The notes: generated from the letters alone by a model not told the origin. DNA of 64,000 bases from Halobacteriovoraceae bacterium (GCA_963719505.1 CAVRCF010000004.1:64001-128000); one strand, 5' to 3'. Positions 18,131-28,041 are shown, numbered from the stretch's first letter. Made by a program: numbers and translations.

Positions 18131-18565
18131 TTAGCGGCATTTAAAGATGATCATTTTATCTCCACCAAATTGAGAGAAGTTTGAGAGATATTTTCCCTCT
18201 CCCCCGGAGCTATTTTCGAATCTTCCAAAGAAAAAATCATCTTGATCTAACTCAAGGTATTTATCATAAAGGAAGATCTCTTTTATTCTGTAAGGGGTAT
18301 CCTTGATATTTGCTAAAACTGTTGAGCTTGTAAACTCCACAACATGTCTTTCACTATCAAATGTTTTTACATCCAATATCTGTTCTTGAGAAGATGTTTT
18401 GACAACGATAGAAGAGTTGATCAAGAATGGATTTTGTCTGAAGTCCTCTGTGTCATGGATAATATCAAGGACAACCTCAGTCTGGTTTAAAAGGGCTACA
18501 CACTCTAGATTTTTGATCTCCGAGTGTGCAGTAAATGATAAAAAGATGAGAGCTAAAAATTTCAT
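18131..18565 (-). CDS. Secreted hypothetical protein
   Basis: Signal peptide; start overlaps glucoamylase stop. Confidence 0.7.
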   Translation of the reverse strand: MKFLALIFLSFTAHSEIKNLECVALLNQTEVVLDIIHDTEDFRQNPFLINSSIVVKTSSQEQILDVKTFDSERHVVEFTSSTVLANIKDTPYRIKEIFLYDKYLELDQDDFFFGRFENSSGGEGKYLSNFSQFGGDKMIIFKCR

Positions 18566-19914
18566 TATTTCTTCATCTTTAGGACTTTAGAACGAGCGTT
18601 AACCGCTGTAATAAAAGCTCCATAACTCCAAGTTAAATGTGGGGCACCAGTCATATAACCAGAGTATCTTCCAAATTGTTCGTCAAGTTGGAGAGTCGAT
18701 CCAGAGTGGATTTTGATTCTTTCTAAGTTTTCATCTCCAAGTTCAGTAAGGGTGTCGACCAGTCTTTTTATAACTCCAGAATGAGAGATCGTTGCAGGGG
18801 CTAGGTTCATCTTTAAAATATTATTAAAGAATCCCATATTGTCAGATGTTATATTTACCTTACCGTTTTCTTTAATCATTAAAGCGAGTTCATAATAGTA
18901 CTCACTCAAAGCCGCTGTTAAAAGGAACCATGGCTGTCCACCAAAGTATGTATCTTCAGCATATCTTCCAATTCCTACTCCAACGAAAGTGTTGTTGATT
19001 GGATAGATTTCTTTAAATTTCAAAACGAGTTTTTCAACTGTTCTTAAAATTCTATTATCGAGGTGGTTGTAACTAAATTGTCTTACACCACTGTGAAGAA
19101 CGGCTAAGATTGTCGAAGCATCTAACCTTGAAGGCTTAACAAGTCCACCAGTTCTATCTATTGTAGAGAGAATATAGTTTCTGTCTTTAGACCAAAATGT
19201 TCTAAGTTTTGCATTGAGATCTTGGGCCTTGGCAAAATACCAAGTTGCAGCTGCCTCATCTCCCATGAGTTTTGCAACTTTACTTCCCATAAGAAGAGCT
19301 TTTCTTTGTGCCATTTTTGTATAAAAATGTGTCCCTTTAATTTCTTCCCAAAGGTCGAAATCATCCTCTTGAAAATGATGAGACGTATATTCAAGATCAA
19401 CCTTTAAGACTGTTCTTGCTGGAAGGCTAGGGTTGTATAAGTGCTTTTTAACAAATTCTATCTCGCCTTGGTCAATAAGTTTCAAAGCGTATTGAGCAAG
19501 TGTGATAACTCTCAAAGCCGGACCATCGTTTTGAGGTCTACCCCAAGGTCCTGTAAAACTTGTTCCGTCTGGATTAAATTTTGGCTCACCTTGATTGGTT
19601 AACTTGGAAACATTTTGATGATGAGAGACAAGATTAATATAGTCCTCCACCATTGGCTTAAACTTCTCAGCGCTCAGGGTCTCTTGAAGAGAACTCATCA
19701 CTAGTGCAGCGTCTCTTACCCAGTGGAAATAATAATTAGGGTATGACTTAGAAGGAGCAGCTATGATAAAGCCAGGTCGTGTATCGGGTCTACTGGTGTG
19801 GTCTAAAATACGTTTAAGACTATAGTCGTATTGATCTTTAACCCATTTTTCAGAAACGGTCTGTGCGAATGAATGAGCTGATAAAAGTAAAGAAAGCATT
19901 ACAATAAATTTCAT
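18565..19914 (-). CDS. Secreted glucoamylase (glycoside hydrolase family 15)
   Basis: YYFHWVRDAAL, GEPKFN.DG, WGRPQNDGPALR, DLWEE, GRY.ED.Y.GG.PW, EQF, LTWSY motifs; signal peptide. Confidence 0.95.
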   Translation of the reverse strand: MKFIVMLSLLLSAHSFAQTVSEKWVKDQYDYSLKRILDHTSRPDTRPGFIIAAPSKSYPNYYFHWVRDAALVMSSLQETLSAEKFKPMVEDYINLVSHHQNVSKLTNQGEPKFNPDGTSFTGPWGRPQNDGPALRVITLAQYALKLIDQGEIEFVKKHLYNPSLPARTVLKVDLEYTSHHFQEDDFDLWEEIKGTHFYTKMAQRKALLMGSKVAKLMGDEAAATWYFAKAQDLNAKLRTFWSKDRNYILSTIDRTGGLVKPSRLDASTILAVLHSGVRQFSYNHLDNRILRTVEKLVLKFKEIYPINNTFVGVGIGRYAEDTYFGGQPWFLLTAALSEYYYELALMIKENGKVNITSDNMGFFNNILKMNLAPATISHSGVIKRLVDTLTELGDENLERIKIHSGSTLQLDEQFGRYSGYMTGAPHLTWSYGAFITAVNARSKVLKMKK

Positions 19915-19989
19915 TTATTTCTCCCCAATAATGTGTGCAATGCAATTTGTTAGCAATTATGGGTTGAGCTGACAAGGGTAACTTGTTAA

Positions 19990-20018
19990 TTGACACTTAA
20001 TATTCACAGCGATAAAAG
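19990..20018 (+). promoter_or_regulatory. Sigma70-like promoter for the symporter-kinase operon
   Basis: TTGACA-N17-TAAAAG, bracketed by inverted repeat GTAACTTG/CAAGTTAC. Confidence 0.4.
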
Positions 20019-20047
20019 CAAGTTACATAAATTTCAATAGGATACAA

Positions 20048-21640
20048 ATGATTACACTCTCTTCACTCGATTACGGGCTAATAGGCCTCTACTTCCTTGT
20101 TGTTTTTGGCCTGGCTTACATGGTTACAGGAAAAAAATCCTCTCAAGATTCTGAGGAATACTTTTTGGCCGGCAGAAACCTCGGTTGGTTTGTCGTTGGA
20201 GCGTCTATTTTTGCCTCAAATATCGGTTCCGAACATCTCATAGGTCTTGCGGGCTCAGGAGCTACAACGGGCGTGATTGTGGCCCAATTTGAACTGATTG
20301 CTTGCTTTGTGCTTCTTCTTTTAGGATGGGTTTTTGCTCCCTTTTATATCAAGTCGGGTGTTGTAACGATGCCTGAGTTTCTTGAAAAGCGTTACTCTAA
20401 AGCCGCAAGAGATTACCTTACATATGTCTCTATTATTGCCTACGTGCTCACAAAAATTTCAGTAACAATCTATGCGGGTAGTGTTTTATTTGAAAGTATA
20501 GGTGTGTCTTTTTGGGATGGGGCTTTAATTGTCGTTATCGCCACTGGTATCTATACTATTTTTGGCGGACTTAAAGCCGTCATCTACACCGATATGATTC
20601 AAATGATCGTAATGCTAGTTGGTTCAACTTTGATCGTCTATTTTGGATTGGATGAGCTCGGTGGTTTGGGTGAATTAAAAACGACTCTTAGTCCTAGCTT
20701 CTTTTCCATGTGGCGAACAATGGATGATCCCAGTTTTCCTTGGACAGGTATTTTATTTGGAGCTCCCATTTTAGGGGTTTGGTATTGGTGTACCGACCAG
20801 TTTGTTGTTCAAAGAGTCCTGTCTGCTAAAAATATTAAAGAAGCACGTAAAGGAACAATTTTCGCTGGATTCCTAAAGGTACTTCCACTCTATCTTTTTG
20901 TCCTCCCAGGGATGATTTGTTTTGCCCTGTCTCAAAAAGGTCTTTTAACCCTAGAGCGAAGTGATCAAGCCCTTCCTGTATTGGCCTCGTTCGTCCTTCC
21001 AAACGGAGTAAGGGGATTTTTTGTTGCCGGTTTACTCGCAGCTCTTATGAGTTCATTGTCTTCAGTTTTTAATTCGTGTTCAACCCTTGTGACCTATGAA
21101 ATATTTAAGAGAAAAAACCCTAGTCTTTCAGAGAAAAAGTTAGTTCAGATTGGGAGAATTTCAACTGTCGTCTTGGTCGTTTTAGGTATCGCTTGGATTC
21201 CAATGATGAAACATATCTCAGGAGAGCTTTTTACTTACATCCAAAGCGTTCAGGCCTATATCTCGCCTCCTATAGCCGCAGTCTTTTTTCTCGGGCTCTT
21301 TATAAAGAGAATTAATGCAAAGGCTGCTATCACCGCTTTATATGCTGGGCTGTTCGTGGGACTTTTTAGGCTCATCTTAGAAATTCAAAAAGCAAATATA
21401 GATGGAATCTTATTAGAATTTGCCACGATGAATTTCTTGCATTTTGCAGCCTTCTTATTTGTGTTTGTCTCAGTTTTAATGATTGTTGTGAGTCTTCTTA
21501 CAGCTAAGGATGATAAAGATCTCTCTAGCGTTACTTACAATGGAGATATGTTAAAACTTATGAAGGGTACGAAGACTGAGTATGTTCTTTCTGCCCTTCT
21601 TGTTTTTACAGTTCTCTTTATTTGGTGGTTCTACCGATGA
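20048..21640 (+). CDS. Sodium:solute symporter (SGLT-like sugar transporter)
   Basis: YFLAGR, ASNIGSEH.IGLAG, GGLKAVIYTD, WYWCTDQFVVQR, AALMSS. Confidence 0.95.
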   Translation: MITLSSLDYGLIGLYFLVVFGLAYMVTGKKSSQDSEEYFLAGRNLGWFVVGASIFASNIGSEHLIGLAGSGATTGVIVAQFELIACFVLLLLGWVFAPFYIKSGVVTMPEFLEKRYSKAARDYLTYVSIIAYVLTKISVTIYAGSVLFESIGVSFWDGALIVVIATGIYTIFGGLKAVIYTDMIQMIVMLVGSTLIVYFGLDELGGLGELKTTLSPSFFSMWRTMDDPSFPWTGILFGAPILGVWYWCTDQFVVQRVLSAKNIKEARKGTIFAGFLKVLPLYLFVLPGMICFALSQKGLLTLERSDQALPVLASFVLPNGVRGFFVAGLLAALMSSLSSVFNSCSTLVTYEIFKRKNPSLSEKKLVQIGRISTVVLVVLGIAWIPMMKHISGELFTYIQSVQAYISPPIAAVFFLGLFIKRINAKAAITALYAGLFVGLFRLILEIQKANIDGILLEFATMNFLHFAAFLFVFVSVLMIVVSLLTAKDDKDLSSVTYNGDMLKLMKGTKTEYVLSALLVFTVLFIWWFYR

Positions 21641-22524
21641 TCTTAGGTATTGATATTGGTGGAACAAATACAAAGCTTGGTGTCGTTGATGATAAGGGGC
21701 GCGTTTTAACAAAAACTGTTTTTCCAACCATGGCGGACCAAGATATCTCCATGTTTCTCGACAATTTAAAACGAGAAGTCGATAAGATTTCTAAGCAGTA
21801 TCCTTTTACTAAAATAGGCGTGGGGTCTCCAAACTATTCTTCGAAGACTGGATTTCTCGCTTCACCCCCGAACCTTTCATGGGGAAGTGTAAATTTAAAA
21901 AAATTAATCAACGAAGCGTTGCCATCATTTGAAATCAATATTGAAAATGATGCGAACATAGCCGCTGTGGGCGAGAAGATTTACGGAGAGGCACAGTCTC
22001 TTAGTGACTTTATTGTGATCACAGTGGGGACTGGTATTGGTTCTGGAATTTTTATTGAAAACAAACTTTTCACTGGATTATCGGGACTAGCTGCCGAGGC
22101 AGGGCATATTCAAATTGCAAGTGAAAATAGAGCTTGTGGTTGTGGTGGCAGAGATCACTTTGAAAGCTATTGTTCAGTTAGTGGCATTAAGCAGACCTAC
22201 AAAGAGGTGACCGGTAAGGATGAAGTTAGCTATAGAGGACTTGTTGGTGAGTTTAATGATGGTGATCCTATTGCGCTAGAGGTTTTTACTAAAACGGCTA
22301 TTCACTTCGCTAATGGCTTAAGCTCCATTGCCGCTTTATTTTCTCCTGAGAGATTCATACTCACTGGTGGTGGGATGACCAATGGTGAGAAATTTTTAAA
22401 TCTTATTCAAAAAGAGTTTTCGGCCAGGGCCTATAGCTTACAAAAACATATACCTATCGAGATTTCCTCGATTGCAAAAGAGGATGGTGCGATTTTAGGC
22501 GCAGCAGCTTCTGCTTCTCTTTAG
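21637..22524 (+). CDS. ROK family sugar kinase (glucokinase-like)
   Basis: GIDIGGT, ENDAN, GTGIG, EAGH...CGCG; ATGA overlap with symporter. Confidence 0.92.
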   Translation: MILGIDIGGTNTKLGVVDDKGRVLTKTVFPTMADQDISMFLDNLKREVDKISKQYPFTKIGVGSPNYSSKTGFLASPPNLSWGSVNLKKLINEALPSFEINIENDANIAAVGEKIYGEAQSLSDFIVITVGTGIGSGIFIENKLFTGLSGLAAEAGHIQIASENRACGCGGRDHFESYCSVSGIKQTYKEVTGKDEVSYRGLVGEFNDGDPIALEVFTKTAIHFANGLSSIAALFSPERFILTGGGMTNGEKFLNLIQKEFSARAYSLQKHIPIEISSIAKEDGAILGAAASASL

Positions 22525-22535
22525 CTTTTAAACTT

Positions 22536-24017
22536 TTAAAGTAAAAATTTGAGCAGCCAAGATGGGAGTGAAAGGAGTCTCATTTGCGTTAACCCACCCG
22601 GGTGATGACCGAAGCGATTAACTTCTTCTTTTGTTCTATTATCTCTCGCCTTTCTTTTTGCTAATATTTCCAAGCCATGGGAAATTCTAAGTTTAACATT
22701 ATCTGCGACTTCATCATAAAGTTTTTTACTTCCTTTGCAAAAGAGACCAAGCTCTGAATTGTAATGGTTGGATCTATTGTCTACATTATAGGTACTAACC
22801 ATAAATTCTAAGGTGTCATGACTTTCAAAAAGGTAAGTTTTTGAATGCGTACCCCACCGAGCATCTTTAATAGCGGGACTTATAACTTCTGTTTCAGGGA
22901 TAAATGAACCTTGATGGAGATTCGTTTTAATACCTTTTTTTCTCCACCTATAAACATCTTTGTAGAGGTTTGCTGCTACATATACGGCGTCTGTAGAAGA
23001 CAGTGAATTAGTATAAGTTTCAATTTCGACACCTTTTTCAAGCATCTTGTCCATTAATCTTCGCGAGTATTTATTGTTCAAAAGATAGGGAGATGAAATC
23101 GTCACTTTTTTATCTGTGGAACTCATTTTGTCGTAAAGTGTTTTTCTTAAATATCTATAGTCGTCTGAGTATGAGTCAACAAGTCTTCTCCAAAAAGTTG
23201 CCCCCGGTCTATCTGTAGACCAAGTGACTTCGGGGCAGAGACTAGAAGTGGCTTTGCTTAAAATGTTTTTTCCTAGGTTTCTTATTTTTGATAGTTTATT
23301 TTCATCTTGTTCAGATCTTACTAGGGTTTGCTGTGCTTTTTTCAAAAGAAGATCATAGTCTTTAGGTTTTTTGTCTTCGAGAATTGGAAAATTCACTCTT
23401 TGTGAAATTCTATGATCAAAATATTCATCAAAACTGGCTGCGATCGTTTTGACTAAAGGTCCTTCGACAACAACATCTCTATCTATAAAATTATATGTCT
23501 CTGATAGGTCAAAATAATCGTCTCCTATATTTCGTCCACCAATAATTGCGATTTCATCGTCGGCGATAAGAATCTTTCTATGGTTTCTAAACTGAATTGT
23601 TGAGACTCTGTAAAGGGGAGCTGAATTGTAGAATCTTAACTCCACACCATTTTGAGAGAGAACTTGGGAGTCGTATTTATCTAAGCTTACGATGGGCATT
23701 GATTTGTCTACCAATAGTCTGACTGAAACTCCTCTTTTTGCTGCTGCGACAAGTTCCTGGAGAATGATTCTTCCTGATAGATCCTTTTCAAAAATAAAAT
23801 ACTCTACCTCAATCGAGGTTTTAGCGTTTTGGATGAGTTGAATTCGTTTTTCAAGTGATCCTATCCCAGAGTTTAGAATAGTTAGGTAGTTGTTTTGATT
23901 ATTTTGCGCCGATTGAACTTCATAGTAAGGATATGGAATCCCTTGAGACAGTAAGGCCTCTTGTGCGATGGCACCAAGGGAGAGAACGAGCAAAAATGCT
24001 AAAATAAATTTCTTCAT
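22536..24017 (-). CDS. Secreted phospholipase D family protein (ClsC-like)
   Basis: HRKILIAD...GGRNIGDDY; second motif HSKTYLFE...STYNVDNRS; signal peptide. Confidence 0.9.
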   Translation of the reverse strand: MKKFILAFLLVLSLGAIAQEALLSQGIPYPYYEVQSAQNNQNNYLTILNSGIGSLEKRIQLIQNAKTSIEVEYFIFEKDLSGRIILQELVAAAKRGVSVRLLVDKSMPIVSLDKYDSQVLSQNGVELRFYNSAPLYRVSTIQFRNHRKILIADDEIAIIGGRNIGDDYFDLSETYNFIDRDVVVEGPLVKTIAASFDEYFDHRISQRVNFPILEDKKPKDYDLLLKKAQQTLVRSEQDENKLSKIRNLGKNILSKATSSLCPEVTWSTDRPGATFWRRLVDSYSDDYRYLRKTLYDKMSSTDKKVTISSPYLLNNKYSRRLMDKMLEKGVEIETYTNSLSSTDAVYVAANLYKDVYRWRKKGIKTNLHQGSFIPETEVISPAIKDARWGTHSKTYLFESHDTLEFMVSTYNVDNRSNHYNSELGLFCKGSKKLYDEVADNVKLRISHGLEILAKRKARDNRTKEEVNRFGHHPGGLTQMRLLSLPSWLLKFLL

Positions 24018-24075
24018 AAAACAGTCCTTTAGACTATTTTACTGTTCTTTGGGGTTTTTACGAGGTGGTTGACGA

Positions 24076-24091
24076 GGTTTACATAGGGGTG
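24076..24091 (+). repeat. 16-bp target site duplication of IS copy 1 (left)
   Basis: GGTTTACATAGGGGTG, repeated at 25417-25432. Confidence 0.95.
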
Positions 24092-25416
24092 TATAGAAAC
24101 TAGACGATTATGTCCTATCCTTATTTCTCAGCGATTATGTCCTATTCAATAATATTTATGTACCCTGATTCCAATCAGTTATTAGGGGAATTGAATGGGA
24201 AAAGTCACTATGTCACAAAAAGAATTGAAGCAGTATCGCCTGGCCATGGATGTTATTGAAGGTAAGTTAACTATAATTTCCTTCTCTGAACAGATTGGAA
24301 AATCGTATCGACAATCTCAGAGAATTATCAATAAAGTTAAGGCCAAGGGTTCGATTGGTGTCTTACATGGAAACATTAATCGAACTCCTCACAATAAAAC
24401 TCCATTCGAAGTTGAAGAAAAAATAGTCTCTCTTCTAAAAAATCAATATCGAAACTTTAATCTAACTCATTTTCGAGAAAAGATAGAAGAGTATGAGGAA
24501 ATTAAAATCAAAAAAGATGCACTTCACTCAATTGCTAGGAAACATTGCCTTGTAAAACATCCTAAACGAAGAGGAAGACGGTGCCATAAACCAAGAGCAA
24601 GACTTCCAAAAGAAGGGATGATGATTCAGTTTGATGGAAGTGATCATACTTGGTTCGGTGATGAAAGAACTGATTTGATTGGAGGAATTGATGATGCTAC
24701 CGGGATTGTTGTTGGTGCTGAATTTTTCTATGGAGAGACGTCAAATAACTCTCTGAAGGTGATTAGGGAGATCGTTGATAACTATGGATTGCCAGAAAGT
24801 TTCTATATGGACCAAGCAGGTATTTATGGTAAGAAAGAGCGCGAGTGGGAATCACAAATTTCGAGAGCATTTGATCAAACAGGAATTCAATTAATCTTAG
24901 CAGGTTCTTCTCAAGCAAAGGGAAGAATAGAGAGACTCTGGAGAACATTCCAAGACAGACTGGTAGCGGAGTTAGAATTTAATCACATAACAAATATTGA
25001 AGAAGCCAATTATTACTTAAAAGAGATTTTTATTCCTGCATACAATTTTCAATTCTCAGTCAAAGCCGAAGAAGAAGAAGAAAAAGCCTGGAGAAAAAAT
25101 GTTTTTGGAGACCTAGATATTATATTTTGTAAAAAGATTAGGCGAAAAATTATGGTTGGAAATGTATTTAGTTGGGAGAATGTGACTTGGGTGTTGGATG
25201 AAAAAAGGTGTTTCTATGGACGAGAAATCAATATAAATATTCACCTTGATGGAAGCTACAGCTTCGATGTGATGGGCAGAAAAGTTCAATGTAAAGTTAG
25301 TAATAGGAAAAGATTAAGTGACTATGGTGATAAGTCGAAACACAGAAAAAGCGCTTAAAGTCTGATAGGACATAATCGCTCAGAAATTAACCGGACATAA
25401 TTGCCCAGAAACAACA
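24092..25416 (+). mobile_element. IS1202-family (ISNCY) insertion sequence, copy 1, 1325 bp
   Basis: Ends TAT.../...ACA defined by comparison with copy 2; two ATTATGTCC-core subterminal repeats at each end in inverted orientation; 16-bp TSD. Confidence 0.93.
24195..25358 (+). CDS. DDE transposase (IS1202/ISNCY family)
   Basis: N-terminal HTH, QFDGS.H.W, IDDATG, YMDQAG, AKGRIERLWRTFQDRL. Confidence 0.95.
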   Translation: MGKVTMSQKELKQYRLAMDVIEGKLTIISFSEQIGKSYRQSQRIINKVKAKGSIGVLHGNINRTPHNKTPFEVEEKIVSLLKNQYRNFNLTHFREKIEEYEEIKIKKDALHSIARKHCLVKHPKRRGRRCHKPRARLPKEGMMIQFDGSDHTWFGDERTDLIGGIDDATGIVVGAEFFYGETSNNSLKVIREIVDNYGLPESFYMDQAGIYGKKEREWESQISRAFDQTGIQLILAGSSQAKGRIERLWRTFQDRLVAELEFNHITNIEEANYYLKEIFIPAYNFQFSVKAEEEEEKAWRKNVFGDLDIIFCKKIRRKIMVGNVFSWENVTWVLDEKRCFYGREININIHLDGSYSFDVMGRKVQCKVSNRKRLSDYGDKSKHRKSA

Positions 25417-25432
25417 GGTTTACATAGGGGTG
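25417..25432 (+). repeat. 16-bp target site duplication of IS copy 1 (right)
   Basis: Identical to 24076-24091. Confidence 0.95.
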
Positions 25433-25433
25433 T

Positions 25434-26444
25434 TTAAATTTTAGACAGCTTTGCGATACCCTCTAAGTCTTTGTATTGTTTTGATGTTTTAAAAAATCTT
25501 AGTGAATGATTATAAATCTCTTCCTCTGAAAAATTTAGTATTTTTCGGTAAGAATACTCTTTTCTTAAAAGCTTAATAAACTCGAAAGATACTTTTGGTA
25601 TGATTGTGCAGTCAAAGTTTTTGACATTATGACGAGCGTGAAAGTCTCTTTCACATGCGTAATTAGTCATTGCCGGTAGATCAAAGACTTGAATATTAAA
25701 AGTTTCTAACTCTTCTTTCATTTTTTCATGAATTTTAATTATCGCCGGGTTTTGATTGTAGAGAGTTTTCTTGTTTACAAGCTTTGCGATATTGAATTCT
25801 CCAAGGCCTGAAATTAAAAGAAGTCTCGAAAAACTAATCTTTCCTTCAATACTTTCCACGGTAATATTGGGGTTTGATAGATAGTCAAAATGAGTAAATT
25901 TATGAATGAGAATGTTTTGCATCTGTTCAGGGGCCAGGGTGATAGTGTCGCTATTGATAAGCATAAGGTTTTTAGCTTTTCCTTGTGAATCAGATGTGAG
26001 CATTGAGCCACTTGAACGTCTCGGACCTAAGGGCATGACATAAATTGAGCCATAAATGATTGAATCAGGATATTCTCTAATATATCTTTCTCTTGCTTTA
26101 TCAACTTCGCTCTCTATAAGGCTTGAGTTCTGAATGATCCTTTGACCGTGGATTTCGTAGAGCTCAAAGGCTGCCCAGAGATCTATTTTTTTACTAAGGG
26201 CGCCAGCTGGGTCAGTCCAAATCAACTTTGAATAAAGCGGCGCAAATTTCCCTTCCACGATTTCGTCCCAAAGTTCTAGTCTCTGGTAAAGGGGCTTTGA
26301 CTTAGCTTTATTCCAAAAAGCCTCAAAGCGAGCGGAGATATCAACGTAGTCAATATTATTTGTTTGAGTTACTTTGACCGGTGTGGAGCTACAGCCCCAG
26401 ACGGATATTCCTATAAAAAGAAATAGAATGAATGTGTTTGACAT
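25434..26444 (-). CDS. Lipoprotein, degenerate Zn-metalloprotease-like (DUF2268-like)
   Basis: SD GGAG before ATG 26444; lipobox VWGC; HKFTH in place of HExxH. Confidence 0.6.
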   Translation of the reverse strand: MSNTFILFLFIGISVWGCSSTPVKVTQTNNIDYVDISARFEAFWNKAKSKPLYQRLELWDEIVEGKFAPLYSKLIWTDPAGALSKKIDLWAAFELYEIHGQRIIQNSSLIESEVDKARERYIREYPDSIIYGSIYVMPLGPRRSSGSMLTSDSQGKAKNLMLINSDTITLAPEQMQNILIHKFTHFDYLSNPNITVESIEGKISFSRLLLISGLGEFNIAKLVNKKTLYNQNPAIIKIHEKMKEELETFNIQVFDLPAMTNYACERDFHARHNVKNFDCTIIPKVSFEFIKLLRKEYSYRKILNFSEEEIYNHSLRFFKTSKQYKDLEGIAKLSKI

Positions 26445-26472
26445 GCCAAACTCCGATTTGTATGCTGAAGCG

Positions 26473-27774
26473 ATGAACAATTCACTTAATCACATCATCT
26501 TGGTGGCGTCTATTATTTTGGCGCAAGTTTCTTATGCGGCACAAGGAAGTCTTGTGGATCAGAAACTTCAAAAATACATAAAAACTTTTGTTATCTCATC
26601 TCCTAAAACAGTTCCTGGTCGTGGCTCTAAAAAATTTGAATTTGGCAAAATGCTTTTTGAAGACAATGATCTCTCAGTGTCAAAAAATATAAGTTGTCTG
26701 TCTTGTCATAATCCCACGTTGGGATCATCAGATGCTTTGCCTTTTTCTATCGGCTCAGGCGGTGTTCACAATGGTTTAAAAAGTAAGCAGCTCTTGGCAA
26801 AACTCACTTCTCGAAGTTCTCCGCATCTTTACAATAAAGGGCATGACTCTTTTAGAACTATGTTTTGGGACGGGAGAGTTTTTTATGATGATTTTGAAGA
26901 CGCATACGAGACACCTGAGCCTGGACTCAATGGAAAGGCTCCCGTGTACAATGATATTGTTGAAAAGATAGAAAATGTTTTGAGCATGCAAGCACTTTTT
27001 CCGATTGCTTCAAGTGTGGAGATGAGAGGAGAGAGCTTTAAAGGTCTTAGTAATAGAGAGGTTTGGAAAAAAATTTCTGATAGAATTGCCAATAAAAAAA
27101 TCTATAAACAGTACATCACTCACGATTTCAATATTGCCGATATTGCGAATGCATTGGCTTTTTATCAAAAAGTTGAGTTTCAGGTCAACGACACACCCTT
27201 TGACCAATATATTGCTGGAGATCTTCAGGTTCTTTCTGATAAAGAGAAAGAGGGAGCTGTCGTATTTTTCGAAAAAGGGAGATGTTCTCGTTGTCATCAC
27301 GGTGCTCTTTTATCTAATCAAGCCTTTCAAGGGGTGGGAGTTCCTCAAATTGGACCAGGGCATACTAAAGATAAAAATGATGAGGGGAGATATCTGATAA
27401 CGGGAAAAGAATTTCACAAGTATGGCTTTCTCACCCAGCCACTGAGAAATATAGCATTAACAGCTCCCTTCATGCACGATGGATCTTTAAAGGATTTAGA
27501 AGCAGTTGTCGTCCATTATAATAATCCTTCTCGATCGATAGATGATTATTCCGTTAGAGACTTGCAGACACTATATAGTGGGATTTTCAACGATTTTATC
27601 TACGTTGATAAAAACCCTTATAGAAATATCTACAGAAAGCAGGCTATAGCTCCTCCTATAAAAGCACCACTGGGGCTTAACTCAAGAGAAATAGATTCCT
27701 TAGTTTGCTTTTTAAAAAAATCATTAACCCAACAGAAGTATCATTTTCAAGTTAATTTTTCTCAGTGCCAATAA
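26473..27774 (+). CDS. Di-heme cytochrome c peroxidase / MauG family protein
   Basis: CLSCH, MFWDGR, CSRCH, LRNIALTAPFMHDGS; start re-assigned to ATG 26473. Confidence 0.92.
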   Translation: MNNSLNHIILVASIILAQVSYAAQGSLVDQKLQKYIKTFVISSPKTVPGRGSKKFEFGKMLFEDNDLSVSKNISCLSCHNPTLGSSDALPFSIGSGGVHNGLKSKQLLAKLTSRSSPHLYNKGHDSFRTMFWDGRVFYDDFEDAYETPEPGLNGKAPVYNDIVEKIENVLSMQALFPIASSVEMRGESFKGLSNREVWKKISDRIANKKIYKQYITHDFNIADIANALAFYQKVEFQVNDTPFDQYIAGDLQVLSDKEKEGAVVFFEKGRCSRCHHGALLSNQAFQGVGVPQIGPGHTKDKNDEGRYLITGKEFHKYGFLTQPLRNIALTAPFMHDGSLKDLEAVVVHYNNPSRSIDDYSVRDLQTLYSGIFNDFIYVDKNPYRNIYRKQAIAPPIKAPLGLNSREIDSLVCFLKKSLTQQKYHFQVNFSQCQ

Positions 27775-27782
27775 GTCTTTTC

Positions 27783-28025
27783 TTAGACCCAGCCTTGTTT
27801 CCAGGAGGATTCATTCTCTAGTTGCCTGTGGTTTATCTGATATGTTTTTCCTGTAAATATTGCTGTTAGGACGATGAAGTCGATGATCTGAGGATCGTTA
27901 TCATTAAGTTTGACTTCGGTAACGGTGAAATGCTTTTCTTTGTTTTTAGGTTCAGCTGCAGTCCACTTACTATTGAGTAGTTTCTTTTTATTAGGGTGAT
28001 TTTTATTTTTCATATCTTTTTCCAT
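27783..28025 (-). CDS. TIGR02450 family Trp-rich protein
   Basis: KLLNSKWTA..P.NKEKHF.V...W.QGW. Confidence 0.85.
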   Translation of the reverse strand: MEKDMKNKNHPNKKKLLNSKWTAAEPKNKEKHFTVTEVKLNDNDPQIIDFIVLTAIFTGKTYQINHRQLENESSWKQGWV

Positions 28026-28041
28026 GGACTAGTATTTTAGT

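Noticed and set aside
24105-24145. CGATTATGTCCTAT direct repeats as CRISPR or iteron repeats
   Set aside because: Only two units per end, mirrored at the other IS end; they fit transposase-binding subterminal repeats.
26374-26480. Apparent head-to-head overlap of the lipoprotein and cytochrome c peroxidase ORFs
   Set aside because: Disappears with the better-supported starts (26444 minus with SD; 26473 plus with -10 box).
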